Below are positions 18,850-28,528 of a stretch of 64,000 nt of DNA, piece after piece; position 1 is the first letter of the stretch; each line of letters starts with the position of its first letter. The notes below the pieces were generated by a model that saw only the letters and a list, made by a program, of their open reading frames with translations, made no database searches and had not been told where the DNA came from. Source of the DNA: Candidatus Falkowbacteria bacterium. GTDB taxonomy: Bacteria; Patescibacteriota; Patescibacteriia; Patescibacteriales; UBA12465. The stretch lies in assembly GCA_016432645.1 (NCBI GenBank), contig CP066698.1, positions 20,245 to 84,244 on the forward strand, written 5' to 3'. Made by a program: the position numbers and the translations under genes.

Positions 18850-19578
18850 ATGGGTTTGGAAAAAATGGAAATGACTCCGCGTACCTCCGAACTTAAAAAA
18901 GAAAATCCGGATTTAAAATTGGTTTCGGCTCAGTTGGATGAAGCGATAAAACAGGAGGACTTTGAACAAGCAGCGATCTTGCGCGATTATTTGCAGGAAC
19001 ACGCCAGTCAAGGTGATGCCTATGAATTAAATAAAAAAGATTTTATTGAGCCAACCAGAGGCGGCGTTTATATTTTTCTTAAAAATAATCCTCGCCATCG
19101 TGCTTGGAAAGGGATAGAAGAAAAGCAAGAGCGGTATTTTTATGAAGACAAAGAAAAGGTTGATAAGAGCCGTTTTGCCGGAGATTTAACTTTTTTGCCT
19201 CGGACTTATGGAGTCCTAGAAGAAGATGATTGGCAAAAAATCAGGAATTTGAAGGAAACTCGAGGTGGAGATAAAGTAGACATGATGATTAGTTTGCAAG
19301 ATAAGATTGCCGAAGCAAAAAGTTTAGTAGATTTAGCAGAGGAAAAATTTCAGCGTCTCTGGCAACCATATTGCAAGAAACATGGGCTAGCCGGGCAGGA
19401 ATTTGAAGAAATGCACAGTCTCTATAATGAAGCCGCCGGCTGGACGGAAGAAAAAAATAGTTTTCTCAACCAAATTCCTAGAAGTTTAGGCGACCCTTTA
19501 CGCTACTGGCAGAATGTTTATGATAATTCGCGGTTTATCAGAGACGAACTAGAAAAGGCCTTGGCGGAATTGCAATAG
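18850..19578 (+). CDS. Hypothetical helical protein with N-terminal UVR motif, paralog B
   Basis: LDEAIKQEDFEQAAILRD, RAWKGIEEKQ, PLRYWQNVYDNS. Confidence 0.8.
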   Translation: MGLEKMEMTPRTSELKKENPDLKLVSAQLDEAIKQEDFEQAAILRDYLQEHASQGDAYELNKKDFIEPTRGGVYIFLKNNPRHRAWKGIEEKQERYFYEDKEKVDKSRFAGDLTFLPRTYGVLEEDDWQKIRNLKETRGGDKVDMMISLQDKIAEAKSLVDLAEEKFQRLWQPYCKKHGLAGQEFEEMHSLYNEAAGWTEEKNSFLNQIPRSLGDPLRYWQNVYDNSRFIRDELEKALAELQ

Positions 19579-19606
19579 TTTATTATTTATTTTTTAATAA
19601 ACCAAT

Positions 19607-19996
19607 ATGAAATCAGTCGTGATGTGTGGCAGCTCCAGTTTTGCTTCCGAGATGAGAGACTTTTCTGAGCGTCTTAAAAATTTAGGCGCGGTTGTTTATG
19701 AGCCTCATCTTTATCGCGCTTCTGGCGGCGTTTGGAGTGAGATTAAAGAATCTGATCGTAAATATGTGGCGCTTGGTTTGACTCATGATCATTTTTATAA
19801 AATGCGCATGGCTGACGTAATTTATGTTTATAATAAGGATGGTTATGCGGGGGTAAGCGTTAATATGGAAATTGGTTATGCTGTCGCGCTTAATAAGCCG
19901 ATTTATGTCCAAGATGAAAATGATGCCGAACCTTGCCGTAAAGCGTTATTTAGCGGCGTTGTTAAAACCCCAGAAGAATTGATAAAATTTTTATAA
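19607..19996 (+). CDS. Nucleoside 2-deoxyribosyltransferase-like / N-glycosidase fold protein
   Basis: VVMCGS start, ADVIYVYNKDGYAGVSVNMEIGYAVALNKPIY (the E-x-G-Y-A catalytic Glu motif). Confidence 0.75.
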   Translation: MKSVVMCGSSSFASEMRDFSERLKNLGAVVYEPHLYRASGGVWSEIKESDRKYVALGLTHDHFYKMRMADVIYVYNKDGYAGVSVNMEIGYAVALNKPIYVQDENDAEPCRKALFSGVVKTPEELIKFL

Positions 19997-20000
19997 TTTA

Positions 20001-20474
20001 ATGAAGAAATTAACACTAGTTATAATTTATCAAAATGGCCAAGTGTTGCTCGGAATGAAAAAGCGCGGTTTTGGAGCGGGCCGTTGGAATGGTTTTGGCG
20101 GCAAAGTTGAAGAAGGCGAGGCTATTGAAGAAGCGGCGGCGCGTGAGTTATTTGAAGAGGCAAATATTGTAGCTGGTGATTTGCTGGAAGTGGGAGTTTT
20201 AAACTTTAACTTTGCCGACGCGACGCCTGATTTAGAGGTCTATGTTTTCCGAGTTGATAAATTTTCCGGTGAGCCGCAAGAAACCGAAGAAATGCGGCCG
20301 CAATGGTTTAAGATTAATGATATTCCTTATAAGAAGATGTGGGCGGATGATATTTTCTGGTTACCCCTATTAATTAACGGGGAGAAATTCAAGGGTGAGT
20401 TTGTTTTTGATAAGCCTTCAACCGCCGAATACGCCGCCAAAATAATTAGCCAAAAATTAGAAATTAGCAAATAA
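20001..20474 (+). CDS. Nudix hydrolase, MTH1/NUDT1-like 8-oxo-dGTP diphosphatase
   Basis: LLGMKKRGFGAGRWNGFGGKVEEGE...ARELFEE; ETEEMRPQWF; MWADD. Confidence 0.92.
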   Translation: MKKLTLVIIYQNGQVLLGMKKRGFGAGRWNGFGGKVEEGEAIEEAAARELFEEANIVAGDLLEVGVLNFNFADATPDLEVYVFRVDKFSGEPQETEEMRPQWFKINDIPYKKMWADDIFWLPLLINGEKFKGEFVFDKPSTAEYAAKIISQKLEISK

Positions 20475-20489
20475 ATTTTTTAATATTAT

Positions 20490-23400
20490 ATGAATAAGCC
20501 AGCAGAAAAAGAAAAAACAAAAAGCCCCTATGTCTCAATGGAAGAAGAGGCTTTAGCTTTTTGGAATAATTCTAAAATTTTTGAAAAATCTCTCGCGCAA
20601 GAGGCGCCTAAAGGCGATTATGTTTTTTATGACGGCCCCCCATTTGCTACCGGCACGCCGCATTACGGGCATTTAGTTGCTAGTATAATGAAAGATGTCG
20701 TACCACGTTATTTTACGATGAATGGTTACCATGTAGAGCGAAAATGGGGCTGGGATTGCCACGGTTTGCCGATTGAAAATATTGTGGAAAAAGAATTAGG
20801 AACTAAACAGAAAAAAGATATTGAAGAACTCGGTGTTGGTAAGTTTAATGATATTTGTCGTTCTAAAGTGATGACTTATGCCGGCGAATGGGAGAAAGTT
20901 ATTAATCGTTTGGGCCGCTGGGTAGATATGAAAAATTCGTACCGCACCATGGATTTGAATTTTATGGAATCGGTTTGGTGGGTTTTTAAGGAATTATGGG
21001 ATAAGGATTTGATTTATCAAGATTATCGTTCCATGCATATTTGTCCGCGCTGTGAAACGACTTTGTCGCAATCGGAAGTAACCGAAGGTTATCGCGATAT
21101 TAAGGATTTAAGCGCGATTGCGAAGTTTGAATTAGTTGATGAGCCGGGAACTTTCATTTTAGCCTGGACAACAACGCCTTGGACTTTAATCGGTAATGTC
21201 GCTTTGGCCGTTGGCCAGGAGATTGAATACGTGAAAATTAAAATGGATGACGTTCAATATATTGTCGCTAAAGAACGGTTGGCAACGATAATTTTTCCAG
21301 GGTATTCAATCGTTAATGTTAGCAGTGAAAAAAATGAGGTTTTGGCTAGAAAAGGATCTAATGATAGTGATGAAACATATGATATTAAAATAATCAACGG
21401 CAATGAGCTTGTCGGCAAATCCTATAAACCCCTATTCAGCTATTACGCGAGTGATACTAAATTAGCCAATCATGATAATGGCTGGAAAATTTACGCTGGT
21501 GATTTTGTAACCACGACTGATGGCACCGGTGTCGTTCATATTGCACCCGCTTTCGGCGAGGACGATATGAATTTAGGCAAAGCCAATAATTTACCTTTTG
21601 TTCAACACGTTGGTATGGATGGCATTTTTAAACCGGAAGTCACTGATTTTCCCGGGATGCATGTTAAGCCGATTGGCGACCACACTACAACCGATATAGA
21701 GATTATTAAATATTTAGCCAAGAATGGATTGTTATTTCATAAAGAAAAATATGAACATAGTTATCCGCACTGCTGGCGATGCGATACGCCACTGATTAAT
21801 TACGCGACCTCTTCTTGGTTTGTGAGTGTTAGCAAAATTAAAGATGGCTTGCTAGAGAGCGCTAAAAAAATCAATTGGTTCCCGGAACATATTAAAGAAG
21901 GCCGCTTCGGTAATTGGTTGGAGGGCGCGCGTGATTGGTCTATTTCTCGTCAGCGTTTTTGGGCCAGTGCTATTCCAATCTGGGAATGCGCCTGCGGCGA
22001 GCGCCAGGTTATCGGCAGTGTCGCGGAATTAGAAAAATTAAGCGGCCAGAAAATAGATGATATTCATAAAGATAAAGTTGACGGTTTAACTTTTGCTTGC
22101 GCTAAATGCGGCGGCGCCATGAAGCGCATCCCGGACGTTTTGGATTGTTGGTTTGAGTCCGGCTCTATGCCTTATGCTCAGTATCATTATCCCTTTGAAA
22201 ATAAAGAAAAGGTTGAGCAGAATTTTCCGGCGAAATTCATCGCTGAAGGCGTTGATCAAACTCGTGCTTGGTTCTATTATCTCCATGTCATTTCCGGCGG
22301 CATCAAGAAAAGCCACGCTTTTGAAAATGTGATTGCTAACGGCATTGTGTTAGCTGAAGATGGCAAAAAGATGTCTAAGCGCTTGCAAAATTATCCCGAT
22401 CCTTATTTGGTGATGGAAAAATATGGCGCCGATGCTCTGCGCGCCCAACTTTTATCTTCACCGGTCATGGCCGCCGAAAATTTAAATTTTTCAGAAAAGG
22501 GAACCGAGGAGTCTTTACGCAAGAACATCATGCTGCTCTTTAATGTTTATAAGTTCTATGAGCTCTATGCGCAAGAAAATCAGGAAATTATTTTAGATTT
22601 AAGCTATGGCGATTTAAAGAACGAAGTTTTAAATAGCGATAACGTTTTAGATAAATGGCTGATGTTAAAGTTTAATGCGCTACTAGCGGAAGTCGGAGCA
22701 GGAATGGAAGCTTATAACTTGCCGAAAGCAGTGCGGCCAATTACCGAGTTTATTGATGAGTTTTCTACTTGGTATTTAAGAAGAAGCCGTGATCGGTTTA
22801 AGTCGGATGATGAGACTGATAAGAAAAATGCGCTACTGACCACTAAATTGATAATGTCGGAATTAGCTAAAGTAATGGCGCCATTTATGCCGTTTATGGC
22901 GGAGAATTTATGGCAGAAATTAAATGGGCTAGATTTTCAAAATGGCCAAGCATCAGTTCATTTAGAATCTTGGCCGGTCTTTCTTAAAATAGAAAAAGAT
23001 GAAACTCTGGAAAAGATGGCCATGGTCAGAAGGATTGTGGAAATTGGTTTAGCCAAACGCGACGTCGCGGGTATTAAGATTAGACAGATGCTGAACCAAG
23101 CGATTGTGAAAGGCAGCATCGATTTAGAGGAGGCTTATCAGGAATTAATTAAAGATGAACTTAATATTAAGAGTTTGGATTTGGCGGCTGGTTTTGAAAA
23201 CCTGGAAGTAGAATTAGATATAGAGATTACCCCAGAACTTAGGTTGGAAGGAATTAAGCGCGAACTTATTCGCTTTATTAATTTATCGCGCAAGGATGCC
23301 GGTCTTAGTTTAGGAGATAAGGTTGATGTGGAAATTATTTCAGAGTCGGCGGAAATTTCTGAAGCCGTTAAAAAATTAGGCGCTGAGATTGCCAAAGAAA

Positions 23401-23510
23401 CTTTAAGCGAATCATTAGTTTTAGCTGCCGAAACCTCAACCTCTGATTTTAGTAAAGAAATAAAGATTGACGGGCAGCCGGTGGTTATTAATTTGAAAAT
23501 AATTAAATAA
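20490..23510 (+). CDS. ileS: Isoleucine--tRNA ligase, type 2 (eukaryote/archaea-like)
   Basis: DGPPFATGTPHYGH, GWDCHGLP, WTTTPWT, HCWRC, KMSKR, type-2 C-terminal domain. Confidence 0.97.
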   Translation: MNKPAEKEKTKSPYVSMEEEALAFWNNSKIFEKSLAQEAPKGDYVFYDGPPFATGTPHYGHLVASIMKDVVPRYFTMNGYHVERKWGWDCHGLPIENIVEKELGTKQKKDIEELGVGKFNDICRSKVMTYAGEWEKVINRLGRWVDMKNSYRTMDLNFMESVWWVFKELWDKDLIYQDYRSMHICPRCETTLSQSEVTEGYRDIKDLSAIAKFELVDEPGTFILAWTTTPWTLIGNVALAVGQEIEYVKIKMDDVQYIVAKERLATIIFPGYSIVNVSSEKNEVLARKGSNDSDETYDIKIINGNELVGKSYKPLFSYYASDTKLANHDNGWKIYAGDFVTTTDGTGVVHIAPAFGEDDMNLGKANNLPFVQHVGMDGIFKPEVTDFPGMHVKPIGDHTTTDIEIIKYLAKNGLLFHKEKYEHSYPHCWRCDTPLINYATSSWFVSVSKIKDGLLESAKKINWFPEHIKEGRFGNWLEGARDWSISRQRFWASAIPIWECACGERQVIGSVAELEKLSGQKIDDIHKDKVDGLTFACAKCGGAMKRIPDVLDCWFESGSMPYAQYHYPFENKEKVEQNFPAKFIAEGVDQTRAWFYYLHVISGGIKKSHAFENVIANGIVLAEDGKKMSKRLQNYPDPYLVMEKYGADALRAQLLSSPVMAAENLNFSEKGTEESLRKNIMLLFNVYKFYELYAQENQEIILDLSYGDLKNEVLNSDNVLDKWLMLKFNALLAEVGAGMEAYNLPKAVRPITEFIDEFSTWYLRRSRDRFKSDDETDKKNALLTTKLIMSELAKVMAPFMPFMAENLWQKLNGLDFQNGQASVHLESWPVFLKIEKDETLEKMAMVRRIVEIGLAKRDVAGIKIRQMLNQAIVKGSIDLEEAYQELIKDELNIKSLDLAAGFENLEVELDIEITPELRLEGIKRELIRFINLSRKDAGLSLGDKVDVEIISESAEISEAVKKLGAEIAKETLSESLVLAAETSTSDFSKEIKIDGQPVVINLKIIK

Positions 23511-23512
23511 TT

Positions 23513-23908
23513 ATGGAACAAGAAAATATTAACAGTCCTGTTAATGCCGAACAAACTGTTAATTCCGGGTCCACATTTGACAAAGAAGAATCAATCCCTC
23601 CACAAGCTCAGAAGATAATGATGACTTTTTTTAGGTTTATCATGGGCAGAATCAAGTCTGTCTTGTTAATCCCGATAATTCTGCTTGTTTCCGCTTTAAT
23701 TAAGAATCGCGACTCTTTTTTTAGCGTTGAATCTCTAAGCTTTTTGGTGCCATTAATATTTCTGATTGTTTTTTATTTCCGTTCAGGCAACAAATTTTTA
23801 GATGATTTTGAGAAGGGCATGAAAAGTGTTAGATTTGACCCGGCTGAATATAAAACTGTCAGAATTGGATTTAAAAAGAAAGGCCAGGACGTTAACTTGA
23901 AAAAATAG
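23513..23908 (+). CDS. Hypothetical two-TM membrane protein
   Basis: 131 aa with two hydrophobic stretches; starts 2 bp after the ileS stop. Confidence 0.65.
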   Translation: MEQENINSPVNAEQTVNSGSTFDKEESIPPQAQKIMMTFFRFIMGRIKSVLLIPIILLVSALIKNRDSFFSVESLSFLVPLIFLIVFYFRSGNKFLDDFEKGMKSVRFDPAEYKTVRIGFKKKGQDVNLKK

Positions 23909-23925
23909 CCATTTTCTGTTATAAT
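23897..23925 (+). promoter_or_regulatory. Sigma70 promoter for lemA-SPFH-htpX
   Basis: TTGAAA-17 bp-TATAAT with extended -10 TG. Confidence 0.6.
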
Positions 23926-23971
23926 ATTTTAAAGTTTTATAAATTAATTTAACAAAAATAATTAAAAATTT

Positions 23972-24535
23972 ATGACTATTCTTTATGTAATTTTGGGAAT
24001 TGTCGTCGTGGTTGCATTATTTGTAATCGCTATGTATAACGGCCTAATTCGCTTAAAAAATCGGGTGGACGAGGCTTGGAGCGATATTGATGTTCAGCTT
24101 AAGCGCCGTTATGATTTAATTCCTAATTTAATTGAAACCGTTAAAGGTTATGCCGCCCACGAGCAGGCTACCTTTGAAAAAGTAATTAATGCCCGTAATC
24201 AAGCGATGTCTGCTCAGCAAGGCGGCGACGCTGAAGCACAAGCCAAAGCAGAAAATGCTTTATCAGGAACCTTGAAGTCAATTTTCGCGCTCGCCGAAAG
24301 TTATCCTGATTTAAAAGCCAACCAAAATTTCTTAGAATTACAAAGAGAATTAACCGATACGGAAGATAAAATTCAAGCTTCCCGCCGCTTCTACAATACT
24401 AATGTTCGCGATTTTAATACCAAGATTCAAGTTTTCCCGAATAATATGATTGCCGGCTGGTTAAAGTTTAGCGCGCGCAAATTTTTTGAGATTGAGGATG
24501 CGGCTGAAAGAAAAAATGTAGAAGTTAAATTCTAG
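23972..24535 (+). CDS. lemA: LemA family protein
   Basis: AWSDIDVQLKRRYDLIPNLIETVKGYAAHE, YPDLKANQNF. Confidence 0.96.
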   Translation: MTILYVILGIVVVVALFVIAMYNGLIRLKNRVDEAWSDIDVQLKRRYDLIPNLIETVKGYAAHEQATFEKVINARNQAMSAQQGGDAEAQAKAENALSGTLKSIFALAESYPDLKANQNFLELQRELTDTEDKIQASRRFYNTNVRDFNTKIQVFPNNMIAGWLKFSARKFFEIEDAAERKNVEVKF

Positions 24536-24570
24536 TTTAGTTCCTAGATAATTAATTTAATTAAAATTAT

Positions 24571-25320
24571 ATGCCAGCACTTTATCTTATTGCCATTGTC
24601 GTTATTTTTATTCTCAGTAGTTTAAAACAAATTAATCAGTATGAACGCGGTGTTCGGTTCACGATGGGAAAATTTTCCGGGATTATGGAGCCGGGGTGGC
24701 GTATTTTGATTCCGGTTTTTCAAACATATAAAAAAGTTGATATCCGCGTTAAAGCGGTTGATGTTCCAGACCAAAAGGCAATTACCCGCGATAATGTTTC
24801 GGTAACTGTTAATGCCGTTATTTATTACAAAGTTGCCTTTGCTGAAAAGGCGGTAATTGAAGTAGAGAATTTTTTCTACGCTATCAGCCAATATGCGCAA
24901 ACAACTATGCGTAATATCGTCGGTTCTGTCACTTTGGATGAACTTTTAAGCAAGCGCGATGAAATTGCCGATCGCATTAAAGAAATTGTTGATAAGGAGA
25001 CTGATGAATGGGGAATTAAAGTCAACAACGTAGAGCTGAAAGATGTTTCTTTGCCGGAATCAATGGAAAGAACTATCGCTAAACAAGCAGAAGCGGAACG
25101 CGAAAAGCGCGCGGTAATAATTAATTCTGAAGGCGAGCTGGCCGCCGCCGCCAATATTGCCGCGGCCGCCAAAATGTTAGCTGCCTCTGACGGCGCCTTG
25201 CATCTGAGAACTTTGCAAGCAATTAACGATATTTCTTCCGACCAATCCAATACCGTTGTCTTTATGACCCCAATGGAAGTTTTAAAGGCCTTTGAGGGGT
25301 TTGGTAAAAAGAAAGAATAA
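24571..25320 (+). CDS. SPFH/band-7 (stomatin/slipin) protein
   Basis: QYERGV, ITRDNVSV, AQTTMRNIVG, AEAEREKRA, LRTLQ. Confidence 0.93.
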   Translation: MPALYLIAIVVIFILSSLKQINQYERGVRFTMGKFSGIMEPGWRILIPVFQTYKKVDIRVKAVDVPDQKAITRDNVSVTVNAVIYYKVAFAEKAVIEVENFFYAISQYAQTTMRNIVGSVTLDELLSKRDEIADRIKEIVDKETDEWGIKVNNVELKDVSLPESMERTIAKQAEAEREKRAVIINSEGELAAAANIAAAAKMLAASDGALHLRTLQAINDISSDQSNTVVFMTPMEVLKAFEGFGKKKE

Positions 25321-25322
25321 AT

Positions 25323-26222
25323 ATGGCTAGTCTTTATACTCATAGCGATTCTAACAAGCGAAAAACCTGGGCCTATTTGGCCGGGTTTTTTGTCTTTATT
25401 ATTATTGTCGGCTATATTTTTAGCGTTGCCATGGAAGACTCTTCCATTTTATATATTGCCGTAATTTTTAGTATTGTGGCCAATTTCTTTGCTTATTATA
25501 ATAGCGATAAAATGGTACTTATGATGAGCCAGGCGCATGAAATAGACCATGATTCTAATCGGGAATTGTATCATTTGGTAGAAAATCTTTGTATTACAGC
25601 GGGCCTCCCGACGCCGAAAATTTATATTATCGACGATACTGCCCCTAATGCTTTTGCTACCGGCAGAGATCCAAAACATGCCGTGATTGCCGTTACTTCC
25701 GGTCTATTACAGAAATTAGATAAGGCGGAATTAGAAGGCGTAATTGCCCATGAACTTTCGCATATTGGTAACCGCGATATTTTATTATCAACGGTAGTTA
25801 CGGTTTTGGTTGGCTTGGTAGTTCTTCTTGCCGACTGGTTCCGCCATTGGTCATTTTTTGGCGGCCGGCGCAGTAATAGTGAAAATAATCAACTGCAGTT
25901 AATTATTACGATTGTCGCGATTGTTTTATCAATCTTAGCACCAGTGTTTGCCTATATGCTGCAGTTTGCTATTTCGCGCAAGCGAGAATTTGCGGCCGAT
26001 GCTGATGGTGCCTTGCTTACTCGTTACCCTGAAGGTTTAGCGCGGGCTCTAGAAAAAATTTCGGCTGACCGGGAACCGCTGGAAGTCGCTAATCGCGCCA
26101 CCGCTCATTTATATATCGCCTCGCCATTTAAAGAGACTAACAGGATTGGTTGGTTGACGCGGATGCTAGCAACTCATCCGCCGGTAGAAGAGCGGATTAA
26201 AAAATTGCGCGGTTTGATTTAA
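25323..26222 (+). CDS. htpX: Zinc metalloprotease HtpX (M48)
   Basis: PNAFATG, HELSH, SRKREFAAD, THPPVEERI. Confidence 0.95.
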   Translation: MASLYTHSDSNKRKTWAYLAGFFVFIIIVGYIFSVAMEDSSILYIAVIFSIVANFFAYYNSDKMVLMMSQAHEIDHDSNRELYHLVENLCITAGLPTPKIYIIDDTAPNAFATGRDPKHAVIAVTSGLLQKLDKAELEGVIAHELSHIGNRDILLSTVVTVLVGLVVLLADWFRHWSFFGGRRSNSENNQLQLIITIVAIVLSILAPVFAYMLQFAISRKREFAADADGALLTRYPEGLARALEKISADREPLEVANRATAHLYIASPFKETNRIGWLTRMLATHPPVEERIKKLRGLI

Positions 26223-26260
26223 ATAAAAAAATCAAGTTATTAATATTTAAGTAATAATAT

Positions 26261-27208
26261 ATGAAGACAAAAGAAATTTATGATTTAGCCATTAAACTGG
26301 GGATGAAAGCTGATTTGCGCGGAGAGGCGGAAGTTAAAAAATATTTGGCACGCGTCAATAAAAAATATGAAGCCTTGCCTGAGAAAGATAAGGGATTTTT
26401 TGATATGGAAAAATTAAGCAATCCTTATTCCGATGCCCGGGTTTTATTTGACAACGGCCGGGAAGTTAAAAAAATTATGGTTGGAATCGATATTGAAACA
26501 GCCGAGCTTTTATTGGCTAAGCAATTAGGGGATATTGATTTAGTAATAGCTCACCATCCCGAAGGTAGCGCTTTAGCCGATTTATCTGATGTGATGGCTC
26601 TGCAGGCCCAAGTTCTGGCTAGTTATGGCGTGCCGATTAATATTGCTGAGTCAGTGATTAAATCGCGCATTAGTGAAGTTCACCGCGGAATTTCGCCAAT
26701 TAATCATGACCGCGCAGTTGACGCCGCTAGAGCTTTGGACACTAATTTTATGTGTATTCATACACCGGCCGACAATTTAGGTGCTAGTTTTATGGAGAAT
26801 CTTGTCCAGGAAAATAGAGAAAAATTAGATACTGTCGGTGATTTAATGGAACTTCTAATGTCCATTCCTGAATATGCCGAAGCGAAGAAACGCAAAGCTG
26901 GTCCGATGATTTTTGCCGGCTCCGAAGATAGCAGCTGCGGCAAGATTGTCGTGACTGAATTTACTGGCGGCACCAGCGGCTCAAAAGATATTTATGAAAA
27001 AATGTCGCAGTATGGCATCGGCACCATTATCGGCATGCATATGTCTGAAGAGCATCGCAAGGAAGCTGAAAAATATCACATCAATGTTGTAATTGCCGGC
27101 CATATGGCTTCGGATTCTTTAGGTATGAATTTATTGTTAGATGAAATTGAAAAGCAAGGAATTGAAATAATGTCAGTAAGCGGATTAATCAGAATAAAAC
27201 GTTCTTAA
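26261..27208 (+). CDS. NIF3/NGG1p-interacting-factor-like dinuclear metal protein
   Basis: GIDI, AHHPEG, HTPADN, GMHM, AGHMASDSLG. Confidence 0.85.
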   Translation: MKTKEIYDLAIKLGMKADLRGEAEVKKYLARVNKKYEALPEKDKGFFDMEKLSNPYSDARVLFDNGREVKKIMVGIDIETAELLLAKQLGDIDLVIAHHPEGSALADLSDVMALQAQVLASYGVPINIAESVIKSRISEVHRGISPINHDRAVDAARALDTNFMCIHTPADNLGASFMENLVQENREKLDTVGDLMELLMSIPEYAEAKKRKAGPMIFAGSEDSSCGKIVVTEFTGGTSGSKDIYEKMSQYGIGTIIGMHMSEEHRKEAEKYHINVVIAGHMASDSLGMNLLLDEIEKQGIEIMSVSGLIRIKRS

Positions 27209-27211
27209 ATT

Positions 27212-28522
27212 ATGACCACCGAAGGCGTTAAAATAAAAAAACCGAAATTAGAATTGTTAGCGCCGGCGGGCAATATGTTAAAGTTGCAAACAGCTTTAGT
27301 TTATGGCGCCGATGCGGTTTATCTCGGTATTCCTGATTTTTCTTTGCGCGTGCGCATTAATGATTTTGATTTTTTAGGAATTAAAAAAGCGGTTGCTGAC
27401 GCGCACCAACAGGGAAAGCGAGCTTATATTACAGTTAATATTTTTGCGCATAATCAGCATTTTAGTAAGCTAGAAGCCTATTTGAAAAAATTGAAACCGC
27501 TGGGAGTTGACGCGTTTATTGTCTCCGATCCGGGAGTTCTTAGTTTGATTAAAAAAATTATTCCGAGTGCTGAATTGCATTTATCGACTCAAGCTAACTG
27601 CACGAATTTGGAAGCCGCTCGTTTTTGGTTTAACCAGGGCGTTAGCCGCGTTGTTTTGGGCCGGGAAGTAACCTTGGCAGAAATTAAAGCTATCCATCGA
27701 GCTTTGCCAAAATTAGAATTAGAATATTTTGTGCACGGAGCAATGTGTATGGCCTATTCCGGCCGCTGCTTTCTTTCTAAAATGTTTGTTAACCGCAGCG
27801 GGAATCTCGGTGACTGCGCCCAGCCCTGCCGCTGGCAATATGATGTTAATCGTTACACTATTAAGGCGCGCGGGCATGAGGAAGATTTAGAGTTGGTGGA
27901 AGAGGAACATGGGACTTATTTGCTGAACTCTAAAGATTTATGTTTGATTAAGTATTTACCGGAATTAATTAAGGCGGGTGTGACCAGTTTTAAAATAGAA
28001 GGCCGCGCCAAAAGTGTTTATTATCAAGCGACCGTCTGCGCTATTTACCGTCGCGCCCTTAATTTAATCGCCAGCAAAACTGCTGCGCCAAAATTAAAAA
28101 AAGAGCTTGCTTATCTATACAAAGAGCTGGAAACTAAATTAATTCATCGCGGCTATACGACCGGATTTTTATTGGGCGATAAGGCTGAGCAGAATATCGC
28201 TGATTCTCATAACAAAAGTGATTGGGAGTTTTGCGGCCAGGTTGTCAGAACCGTTCAAGATAAAGATGGTAAAACCAGTTTATTGTTTAAGGTTCATAAC
28301 ACTATTAAGCTTGGCGATGAAATCGAGATTATTGGCTTTGATTATGATATAATAAAAATGAAGTTGCAGAAATTGATAAGTGCTAAGACTCAAGAAGAAT
28401 TAACGGAAGCTCATGGCGGTGGTGGCGCCCAGAAGTGCCTAATTCAGTTGAAAAAAAATATTATTTTGCCGGAACTGGCGGTTATTCGCCGTCAGCTAAA
28501 GTCGGAAATTAAAAAACAGTAA
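27212..28522 (+). CDS. U32 family protein (TrhP-like tRNA hydroxylation)
   Basis: ELLAPAG, HLSTQAN, HGAMCMAYSGRC, CAQPCR, KIEGR. Confidence 0.88.
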   Translation: MTTEGVKIKKPKLELLAPAGNMLKLQTALVYGADAVYLGIPDFSLRVRINDFDFLGIKKAVADAHQQGKRAYITVNIFAHNQHFSKLEAYLKKLKPLGVDAFIVSDPGVLSLIKKIIPSAELHLSTQANCTNLEAARFWFNQGVSRVVLGREVTLAEIKAIHRALPKLELEYFVHGAMCMAYSGRCFLSKMFVNRSGNLGDCAQPCRWQYDVNRYTIKARGHEEDLELVEEEHGTYLLNSKDLCLIKYLPELIKAGVTSFKIEGRAKSVYYQATVCAIYRRALNLIASKTAAPKLKKELAYLYKELETKLIHRGYTTGFLLGDKAEQNIADSHNKSDWEFCGQVVRTVQDKDGKTSLLFKVHNTIKLGDEIEIIGFDYDIIKMKLQKLISAKTQEELTEAHGGGGAQKCLIQLKKNIILPELAVIRRQLKSEIKKQ

Positions 28523-28528
28523 TAAAAT

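Noticed and set aside
17487-19578. UVR paralogs considered as a DGR template/variable pair or as uvrB/uvrC fragments
   Set aside because: The similarity is at the protein-motif level with no near-identical DNA, and there are no helicase or GIY-YIG motifs.
20490-23510. IleRS2 as an acquired mupirocin-resistance gene
   Set aside because: It has a canonical HYGH motif, a housekeeping context and no mobility genes; type-2 IleRS is the native enzyme in many lineages.
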